A stretch of DNA of 64,000 nucleotides from the NCBI GenBank assembly GCA_963803145.1, contig CAWDLW010000013.1, forward strand, positions 20,721 to 84,720. The letters run 5' to 3'. This DNA is from Methanotrichaceae archaeon. GTDB lineage: Archaea > Halobacteriota > Methanosarcinia > Methanotrichales > Methanotrichaceae. Both the position numbers and the translations under genes were made by a program. The notes below the pieces were generated by a model. The model was not told where the DNA came from. It did not search any database and was given only the letters and a program-made list of their open reading frames with translations. Below, in pieces: positions 34,640 to 43,300 of the stretch; positions within the stretch are counted from its first letter, which is position 1; each line of letters begins with the position of its first letter.

Positions 34640-34839
34640 ATTGCCTGGCTTAGGTTACAGAAATAACCATAGCAATTCGCTCCGATAATAGTTCAAGCTT
34701 CAAGTTAAAGCATGATTTTTAACTGGTTAGCAGTTATAACTGGTTGCATCTACGTCCAACTTAATTGACTCACTATCAAAATATATGATGCCCTAAAACT
34801 CTGATAGGCATCTTTCCGACATAAACATTGGCTTAAATC

Positions 34840-35430
34840 TTATTTGACGATAGGCATCCCGGACTGCTGCCAGGCTTGAACGCCGTCAAGGAGTACATAT
34901 GCCTCACGGTTCCCGAAGAGTGTCAGCGCCATAGCCCCAAAGGCAGCTTCGGTATTTGTAGTGCCGTAGACTGCGATCCTCTTACTTGCAGGTATTGTGC
35001 CCATCATCGAGATGAGATTGCCGATAGGCACATTTATGGCATTCTGTATATGGCCCTCAGTATATACATCGGTGGGCCTTATATCCACTACTACCCAATT
35101 GGTATCGATCTTCGTTTTATTGATAAATTCAGGAACGGTCAATGCGTAATACTCGCTGGCATCAACCCCGTTCAGGAAATCGTTAGCTTTAGCCGTATAA
35201 TCTGGAAAACCGTTTTTAAAGGTCTGATCGCCTGAGACCGATGACGATGCCGATGGTTTATCGCTCGTGCTCTGATAGACACTTTTGAATCCTTCAATGG
35301 ATTGCTGCATTTCCTTTATTGCCGGGTCGGTGTAGACCATGCTTGGGCTGTTCGGATCAGACTGAGAATATGCTTGAATGGCTAGACAAAGTAGCATTAC
35401 CGTGCACAATAGCATCTTTCCAAGTACCAT
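34840..35430 (-). CDS. Secreted rhodanese-like domain protein lacking the catalytic Cys
   Basis: Signal peptide; VDIR...Y..GHI.NAINVP, L.DG..AW; active-site loop reads YGTT; GGTGA RBS. Confidence 0.8.
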   Translation of the reverse strand: MVLGKMLLCTVMLLCLAIQAYSQSDPNSPSMVYTDPAIKEMQQSIEGFKSVYQSTSDKPSASSSVSGDQTFKNGFPDYTAKANDFLNGVDASEYYALTVPEFINKTKIDTNWVVVDIRPTDVYTEGHIQNAINVPIGNLISMMGTIPASKRIAVYGTTNTEAAFGAMALTLFGNREAYVLLDGVQAWQQSGMPIVK

Positions 35431-35620
35431 TTGATCACCTTAGCATTCAATTACTTTGAGGCATAGATAGGTATTACGGTAGAACGAAGAGTACTTTTCC
35501 ACATAACTTCAGATATGTCCAAATGGATAATCGGATTTATATGAGTAGGTTAAAATGAAGATAGGTAACTGCCCTTCCTATAACTCGTATCAAATCTATG
35601 GTTCCAATGATCCCTGCCAC

Positions 35621-36091
35621 TCATCTCCCATATGTCGCCATGGCTTCGCCTTGTTGGACAATATGTCCTCTCATAGCTTTCTCTAGACCAGTTCTATTCG
35701 AGCCCGGTCTCAGATCAAGCATGCTGTCTAGTCCATAGACACTAAGGAAATATCTATGTGGCTTGCCCGGCGGAGGACAGGGCCCAAAATACCCAATCGA
35801 TTCTTCTGTGTTCAATCCTTGAACAGCTTCTATTGGCTTCGTTACATTTGCAGTTTTTGGGATTTTTCCTGGTATGACCTCTGTAGGCTTAATATTCCAT
35901 ATCACCCAATGTGTGAATGTTCCAGATGGCGCATCAGGATCGTCCAATATCATAGCAATCGATTTTACATTCATGGATTCTGCGTTCAGGCCGGTTAACT
36001 CGATCTTTGGTGATGCATCCCTGCCATCGCAGGTATATTCAGCAGGAAACTGGCTGAACCCAAGCTTTACTTCAAGATCGTTCTTGCTCAT
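35621..36091 (-). CDS. YbhB/YbcL (PEBP) family protein
   Basis: YTCDG..SP, DDPDAP.G.FTHW, GY.GPCPP.G.PHRY. Confidence 0.92.
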   Translation of the reverse strand: MSKNDLEVKLGFSQFPAEYTCDGRDASPKIELTGLNAESMNVKSIAMILDDPDAPSGTFTHWVIWNIKPTEVIPGKIPKTANVTKPIEAVQGLNTEESIGYFGPCPPPGKPHRYFLSVYGLDSMLDLRPGSNRTGLEKAMRGHIVQQGEAMATYGR

Positions 36092-36199
36092 GCCATTCGA
36101 TGCTCCTTGGCGGTAATTAATGTCAGGATAAATGCTGCAAAAGCCGTCCCTATAAGGAACTTCATATGCCATTATCTTCTTCAAAGATTATTAATTATT

Positions 36200-36810
36200 T
36201 TAACGAATACCCCACAGCTTGCTGTGGGGATGGCAAACTAACAGGGGATTAATAAGGTATTTAGTTCTAGCAGGCGCTATCTGAATTAATGCTGGAATTG
36301 CGGCATGCAAGCCATTGTGTTTACAGAATCAGATATCATATGGTGCTTTGTGTAAAATATAGAAAGAAATTACTTATCGATCAGGAAAGGATAGACCTTT
36401 TTAAGAATGTATGTATTGAGATTGGTGAAAGATATTGTTTTGAATTTGATGCTATTGGGACAGATGGAGACCATGTCCACGTTTTTGTTGGATCAGCGCC
36501 AAAATATGCGCCATCTAAGGTTATGCAAGTTATAAAAAGTATAACTGCAAGGCAAATTTTCAGAGCCTTTCCTGAAATCAGAAAACAACTTTGGGGTGGA
36601 GAGTTTTGGAGTGATGGTGGCTATATTGGTACCGTAGGTGAGGGTATAACTGCTGAAATTATAAGAAATTATATTGAAAGGCAAGGATCGATTGAGGAGA
36701 AAGAAAGCTATAATCAAATGAAGCTGTTTGAATTTGAATAAGCGGGGCTATTGCGGCGGCGCCTCGCATGCCCCGCAGCTTGCTGCGCGGGTGCGCCGCC
36801 GCAGTTTGAC
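36200..36810 (+). mobile_element. IS200-type element (tnpA only); ends approximate
   Basis: Subterminal hairpins CCCCACAGC-TT-GCTGTGGGG (36210-36229) and GCAGC-TT-GCTGC nested inside TGCGGCGGCGC/GCGCCGCCGCA (36752-36803), flanking tnpA. Confidence 0.85.
36289..36741 (+). CDS. tnpA: IS200/IS605 family Y1 HUH transposase
   Basis: YH.V.C.KYR, DHVH HUH motif, LWGGEFWSDG, catalytic Tyr in YIERQ. Confidence 0.95.
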   Translation: MLELRHASHCVYRIRYHMVLCVKYRKKLLIDQERIDLFKNVCIEIGERYCFEFDAIGTDGDHVHVFVGSAPKYAPSKVMQVIKSITARQIFRAFPEIRKQLWGGEFWSDGGYIGTVGEGITAEIIRNYIERQGSIEEKESYNQMKLFEFE

Positions 36811-36919
36811 TTGCTATCAATTCTCTCAAAGATCCTATTAAGAAAGCTTTTTACATTGATGAGAGAAATGATTGGTCCCCAGGCGCCCAAAGGGTGAATG
36901 GCTGAATCAGGAGTGCATC

Positions 36920-37417
36920 ATGTCAAATACAGAGGAGTTTTTGAAGGAGGCTTTTGCGGGCGAATCCCAGGCTAACCGCAAGTATCAATTTTTTGCAGCC
37001 AAGGCAGATAAGGAGGGCTATCCTCAGGTTGCAAGGCTATTCAGAGCTGCATCTAAAGCAGAGGAGATACATGCTGCCAATCATCTTAGAGCGATGAAGG
37101 GCATTCGCTCAACAAAAGAGAATTTGGAGGAGGCAATATCCGGCGAGGATCATGAGTATGAAAAGATGTACCCCGAGATGATCCAGACTGCAAGGGCAGA
37201 GGGCAAGAAGGAAGCAGAGATGTCTTTCCTTTACGCCAATGAGGTCGAGAAAATCCATTCGCAGCTCTATCAGAAGCTTTTAGCAGATCTCGGAAAAACC
37301 AGCGAATCCTATCCTTACTATGTCTGCCCATACTGCGGCAATACTGTAGAGGGAGAGCCTCCAAAAGTCTGCCAAGTCTGCGGATGTAAGGCAGATCTTT
37401 TCATGAAAATTGAATGA
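36920..37417 (+). CDS. rbr: Rubrerythrin
   Basis: AFAGESQA, EEIHA, GEDHE, EKIH, C-terminal CPYCG...CQVCG. Confidence 0.92.
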   Translation: MSNTEEFLKEAFAGESQANRKYQFFAAKADKEGYPQVARLFRAASKAEEIHAANHLRAMKGIRSTKENLEEAISGEDHEYEKMYPEMIQTARAEGKKEAEMSFLYANEVEKIHSQLYQKLLADLGKTSESYPYYVCPYCGNTVEGEPPKVCQVCGCKADLFMKIE

Positions 37418-37515
37418 ATAATTGAGCACAAATATTATTATTTTTTTATCATTTATTAAGCGACTGCTGGGCAAGTTCTCGTGGAGATTAAACTATAATC
37501 AGAGCCATCTAGCCC

Positions 37516-39108
37516 TCAAGCCCGTCCTTTTCCAAATACCTTTTTTAATAGGCCGCTGCCTCCTTTTTCATTTCCCTTTGGGCTCTTGAGACTTGGCTCA
37601 GGCTTCAGACCTTTCCTCGGTGCCTTTGTGGACGATGCTATATTCTTGGATACTGTGTCTTTTGATACAATCTGAGTGCTTACCCCTCCGTGCCTTGACT
37701 TCCTGGGCCGGATGTCCACTGTTATCGGCCGCTCTATCTCATTGCTCACAATCATTGCTACACCAGGCGGCAACCTTTTTATCTCTTCCTCAAGCTCCGA
37801 TGTCATGCCCTCTAGTCCCTTGGATAGGGCCTTGAGGTCATTTGGATTTGTAACTCTCATGATGATTTGTGTATTGCACTGAGAGATAACGTTCTTATCT
37901 ACACGTGCAGGCCTCTGGCTTATTACCATCAGGCCAAGGCCGAACTTTCTGCCTTCAGCTGCTATTGTCCTGATGATATCAGTGCTTGCTGCACTGCCCG
38001 ATCCCCGCTCTGGGATATAGTTGTGTGCCTCCTCTATAACGACCATTCCAGGAGCTATCAGCCTACGTTTCCTTGCCTCGAAGATCTCTGTAAGAAGCCT
38101 TGATACAATCATCGCCTGAATTTCGGGCACAACTCCTGTCATGTCTATAACTGATGCCTTGCCAGGTCGAAGGAGATCCTCTATCTGGGTAGCAGTGCCG
38201 GAGAAAAGCCCAATCTCCAGCAAAGATTCGAGCTGGCCTACAAGGTTCCACTTTACCTTTGATGTGCTTTTCACAACTTGATCGATTATGTCCTCAAGGG
38301 TGTAAACATCAGTCTCTGCCTGAAGTGCGCTGATGGCCTCATAGAGCAGGCCGATTTGGCCGCTGGTCGACTCATGAGGAATCATCTTGGCAACCTCACG
38401 GGCGCTGAGGTTGAGGCTGTTGAACCTGAACGGCCTGTCTGCCCTAGGATTGATGGACATTTCCGCGGGCGTATATATTGTGGCATTATAGCCTCGAGGC
38501 TTAACCTTATATCTGCCAAAATCGCCGACTTTATTCGGCTCCTTCATTGAAGCGTATTCGCCATGGGGGTCGATAATAAGCAGCGCTACATTTTTCTCGA
38601 GAAGCTCTTCAAGAATGACTCCGGCAGTATAAGATTTTCCACTTCCTGTTTTTGCGAGAACGCTACAATGCTTTTGTACAAGAGTATTGGCATCAAGCTC
38701 CACGCGGATATCATAGCCTCTCATGAGTCCGATATACATCTCGCCTTTCGATAGACCCAACGTGGCTTTAATCAGCTTTTCATCAGCCACAAAAACGGGG
38801 TCTCCAGGCCTCGCAGGGCTCATTGGCAAGTGCAGCTTGCCATTGCTTCCAATTCCTATAACCCGTGCCTCAGCTATCATCAGCTCCTTGGCCTCATAGT
38901 CTCTAGGAGCGCCATTAAGCTGGCTCATACTGTAAGCTGTATTGGATCTTTTCACATCATCGATCTGCGCTAAAATCCAGTCCCTGCCGTCGGCCTTTAC
39001 CTTGATGTATGTACCCCTTCCCACGTCTCCGCTAATTAAGAACTTGAACGCCAGAGGCGTAGTCTCTCCTACGATGGTGCCCACAGCGCCTTTAACTATC
39101 GACCGCAA
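37516..39108 (-). CDS. HerA/FtsK-family ATPase (DUF87) with N-terminal HAS barrel
   Basis: H.SVLAKTGSGKS, IDPHGEY, IEEAH, EGRKFG, SQRP. Confidence 0.88.
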   Translation of the reverse strand: MRSIVKGAVGTIVGETTPLAFKFLISGDVGRGTYIKVKADGRDWILAQIDDVKRSNTAYSMSQLNGAPRDYEAKELMIAEARVIGIGSNGKLHLPMSPARPGDPVFVADEKLIKATLGLSKGEMYIGLMRGYDIRVELDANTLVQKHCSVLAKTGSGKSYTAGVILEELLEKNVALLIIDPHGEYASMKEPNKVGDFGRYKVKPRGYNATIYTPAEMSINPRADRPFRFNSLNLSAREVAKMIPHESTSGQIGLLYEAISALQAETDVYTLEDIIDQVVKSTSKVKWNLVGQLESLLEIGLFSGTATQIEDLLRPGKASVIDMTGVVPEIQAMIVSRLLTEIFEARKRRLIAPGMVVIEEAHNYIPERGSGSAASTDIIRTIAAEGRKFGLGLMVISQRPARVDKNVISQCNTQIIMRVTNPNDLKALSKGLEGMTSELEEEIKRLPPGVAMIVSNEIERPITVDIRPRKSRHGGVSTQIVSKDTVSKNIASSTKAPRKGLKPEPSLKSPKGNEKGGSGLLKKVFGKGRA

Positions 39109-39550
39109 TGATTATCACCGTTGAGGCAGGCTTCCCTGCTACTCCACTACAATACTTATTAGTTTCCTCTAAAAAGGGAGCTATCCTTCGGTAGAATATA
39201 TCTATAATTCCCCATCGCCCTTCCTGCTACGTCCTTAATCTTTTATTTAGATCTAGAAGTATAAAAAGATTATCCATCGTCATATAGCTTTTTCCCATTT
39301 TCCTTTATTTTGTAAATCAAAAATCTGGAATATTCCCAAAATGATAACATGTTAACTAAATATTAAACAGTGAAAGGGCTTAATCAAAAGCTCGCATAAA
39401 AAGAGGTATTAGATGTGTGATCTGGCGATATCTCCTGGTAACAGTATTATGTTCCTAATGGTTTCTATCTATAACGGTTTTCCATCAATTATGATCCAGA
39501 CGCTATTCACAAGTTTAAGTGATGATGACATAACCGGCGTAGAAAGAGGC

Positions 39551-39615
39551 ATCATAGGCTGATGTAATCGCTATCATAGGCTAATATGCCAATGTAATCG
39601 CTATGATAGCCTGAT
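39551..39615. repeat. Short direct plus inverted repeat cluster upstream of the cyclase/kinase operon
   Basis: ATGTAATCGCTAT at 39562 and 39592; GCTATCATAG (39570) and CTATGATAGC (39601) are inverted. Confidence 0.6.
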
Positions 39616-39681
39616 CTCATTTTAAATAGTAGCAATTATCTCTAGATAGTAATTCAGATCCAGGCTGCTAACAGGAGAAGC

Positions 39682-40326
39682 ATGACACGATGTTTTGAGG
39701 AAACATACGACATAAGCGTGATGTTGGGCGAAGAGAATGCCGTGTATCCAGGCGATATGCCCTATTCAAAGGAGACGACATCCACAATTACAGCCGGAGC
39801 TAATTATAATCTATCAGCGCTCAAGCTTAGCGCCCATTCAGGCACCCATATTGATGCTCCCGCCCATTACATAAATGGTGCAAAAACGCTTGATATGTAT
39901 CCATTAGAAAGATTTATTCTCTCAGCCAATATCATATTTATTGAGGATGATGAATCCATAAAATCAGATGTTTTGAGGCATGCTGACATTAAAGAGGGTG
40001 AAGCCGTTCTTTTTAAGACATACAACTCCGTTAGCGGCCTTTGTAAAAGCGACATATTTTCAGAGAGGTTTGTCTATCTATCTAATGAGGCCGCAAAACT
40101 TTGTGTTGATTTGGGCATAAGCCTAGTAGGAATAGATTATATTTCCATCGAGAGATACGGAGATAATGAAAGCCCAGTGCACCACATGCTTCTTAAGAAT
40201 GATGTGCTTATTCTTGAAGGTATAGACCTAAGTAGGATCACCCCGGGAAAATATATGCTTGTAGCATTGCCGCTGAGGATTAAAGATGTAGAGGCAGCCC
40301 CTACAAGGGCAATACTACTGCGATGA
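39682..40326 (+). CDS. Cyclase family protein (kynurenine formamidase-like)
   Basis: HSGTHIDAPAH, VGID..S, H..LL...VLILE, A.PL.I...AAP.RA. Confidence 0.9.
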   Translation: MTRCFEETYDISVMLGEENAVYPGDMPYSKETTSTITAGANYNLSALKLSAHSGTHIDAPAHYINGAKTLDMYPLERFILSANIIFIEDDESIKSDVLRHADIKEGEAVLFKTYNSVSGLCKSDIFSERFVYLSNEAAKLCVDLGISLVGIDYISIERYGDNESPVHHMLLKNDVLILEGIDLSRITPGKYMLVALPLRIKDVEAAPTRAILLR

Positions 40327-40350
40327 TTACTATGAGGATATGAGGAGCCT

Positions 40351-43300
40351 ATGAACCTCGATCTTGCGTATAGATCGATCCTGGACTACATGGATGAGGC
40401 CGTCTGCGTACTGGATTCACAATCGAAGATCATGTACATGAACCCCGCAGCCGAAAAGTTGGCTGGACATGGGGCTCCGGATCCGTTAGGTAAAACATTC
40501 GATGAGGTCTTCTGCGCCTGTATTATAGAAAAGCCAACCAAACCTGGCCATAATAGATGCAAAACTGTAGATAATGGGCTTGAGATCTCTACCTCATCCT
40601 TGTTCGATGAAGGAAGACCAATTGGATCAATCGTATTCCTGAAGAAGTCCTCTTTATCAAACGATAATTGCAGAAAAACCTCTCAAGAAATTAAAGCAGA
40701 TGTTGCTCAGGATCTTGCCGCTCTGATTGCAAGAAACGCAGACGCTGAGGAGGTTAAGAGAAGAGACAGGTTCCTAACAGGTGTCGCCCTAGCTACGAAT
40801 CTGTTGCTTACAAATAGAGATGACGATCTGATAGTCAACCAGGTCCTAGAGCTTTTAGGCTATTCTGCCGATGTCGATAGAGTTTTCATATTCGAAAATT
40901 ATGACGAGAATGGAGAGCATTTTCATAGATTGCGATATGAGTGGGCAAGAGATAAAATCAAACCTCAAATGAGCGATCCCGGAACATACTGCAGCTCCTT
41001 CAGCTCTTTCCCAGGAGGGTACGAAACCCTTGCCAATGGAATGCCCATAAAAGGTTTAACTCGAGACCTCCCTGAGACTGCAAAAGAATTTCTATGTGGC
41101 CCCGGAACCCTTTCCTTTTTGGTTGTACCCTTATTCATAGGGGAGAATCTCTGGGGAACCATAGGCTTCCACGATTGTCGCTCTGAAAGGAGATGGACCT
41201 GGTGCGAGGTATCAATCCTTCTGACTATGGCAGGAACTATCGGCGGAATATTGCTTTACCAAAAGGCAGAGGATGCACTAAAGAAGGGTGAAAAAAATTA
41301 CAGGGAGCTGGTTGAGGGGGCCAACAGCATCATAATGCGAAGGGATGTATCCGGAAAGATTAACTTCCTCAACAAATTTGCTTTGAAGTTCTTTGGATAC
41401 CCGGAAGAGGAGATCATAGGCAAGAACGTTGTCGGTACTATTGTTCCAGCCACCGATTCAACAGGGCGTGATCTTAGGAAAATGATAGAGGAGATCGGAA
41501 GGTATCCTGAGCGCTATGCGATGAATATCAATGAGAACATGCGTTCCAATGGTGATCGTGCATGGATCGCCTGGGCAAACAGGCCAATATTGAACGAAAA
41601 AGGCGATGTAGTTGAGATTCTATGTATAGGAAACGACATAACCGATAGGAAGACTGCAGAGGAAAAACTAAAGGCCGAACATGAGCAGCTCCTCGGAATT
41701 ATAGAGTTTTTGCCAGATGCAACGTTTGTTATAGACAAGGACAAGAAGGTCATCGCCTGGAATAGGGCCATCGAGGAGATGACCGGCATAAACAAGGAGC
41801 ATATAATCGGCAAGGGCGACTATATTTATGGACTGCCGTTTTATGGTGACCCAAGACCTATGCTTATAGACCTAATAGATAGTGAGAACAAGGAAATTGA
41901 ATCAAATTATATATACATCGATAGAAAGGATGGCAGGCTCTATGCTGAGGCATTTGTGCCGTCTTTGAACTCCAGCAAGGGGGCTTACGTCTGGGCTACG
42001 GCCTCTCCTCTTTATAACGATAAAGGCGAGATTATTGGTTCTATTGAATCTATCCGAGACATCACACAACAGAAGGTGTCAGCGGATGAGATAAAGCGCA
42101 GAGATCTCCTGCTCGCAGGCATTGCCGCTTCTGCCAACGCTCTACTGATCGCCCAGGATGACGAATCTGATATCACCCAGGCACTGGAAATACTTGGCTT
42201 ATCTGCAAATGCTGATAGGATATACATCTGCGAGAACATTGATCCCGAAAAGAGCCGCGTCATGAGCCGGATTTTTGAGTGGTGCAGAGAGGGCATACCG
42301 CATCAAATAGACAATCAATGCGCCAAGAATATCTCCTATATCCAGCATTTTCAAAATTGGTACAACGATCTGGAGATGGGCAAGACAATAAACGGATCCA
42401 TTAGAGGCCTTACAGGCTCTGCCAGAGACCTTACAGAGCCTGAAATATCGCTGCTTAAATCTCAGGGGATACTCTCTCTATTGATAGTGCCGATAACAAT
42501 TGAAGAAAAGCTATGGGGCTTCGTAGGCATTGATGATTGCCGCTCTGAAAGAGTATGGATGCAGAGCGAGATATCAATACTTAGTGTGGCTGCAGCCAGC
42601 ATCGGGGAGATGATGGCCCGCCGATCTGCTGAAAGGGCGCTTCAGAGGTCTGAGGAGAACTATCGGGCCCTGGTGGAAAACATAAACGATGTTATATTCA
42701 AACTGGACAATCAGGGCCGTTTTACCTACATGAGCCCTGTGATAGAGCAGATATCAGGCCATAAACTGAGCGAGATAATCGGGCAGCCCTTCACCATCTT
42801 TGTTCATCCTGATGACCAGCCAGGCCTTCAGGCCAGCTTCGAGCGCCTTCTTGCAGGCCGTCTTGAGCCATATGAGTTCAGATCAAGAGATAAGAACGGG
42901 AAATACCGCCATGTACGGACATCTAGCCGTATCCTAATAGAGAACGGACAGCCTGCAGGATTCATAGGAGTATTAACCGATATCACTAAGCGCAAACAGG
43001 CCGAGGAGAAGCTGCGGGAGACACGTGACTATCTCGAGAACCTCATTGATTATGCCAATGCTCCCATTATAGTCTGGGACCCAACCTTTCGCATAACCAG
43101 GGTTAACCGTGCCTTCGAACGTCTTACAGGACTCAAGGCAACTCAGGTTTTAGGCAAACCCCTGGATATTTTGTTCCCCGATATGAGCAGGGATGAATCT
43201 ATTGACCATATCCAACGGACTCTATCGGGAGAGCGCTGGGAGACTGTTGAAATACCAATAAAGAGAAAAGATGGAGATGTACGTATTGTTCAATGGAACT

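Noticed and set aside
36742-36870. tnpB downstream of tnpA
   Set aside because: No ORF or RuvC/Zn-finger remnant; the right-end hairpin follows tnpA directly
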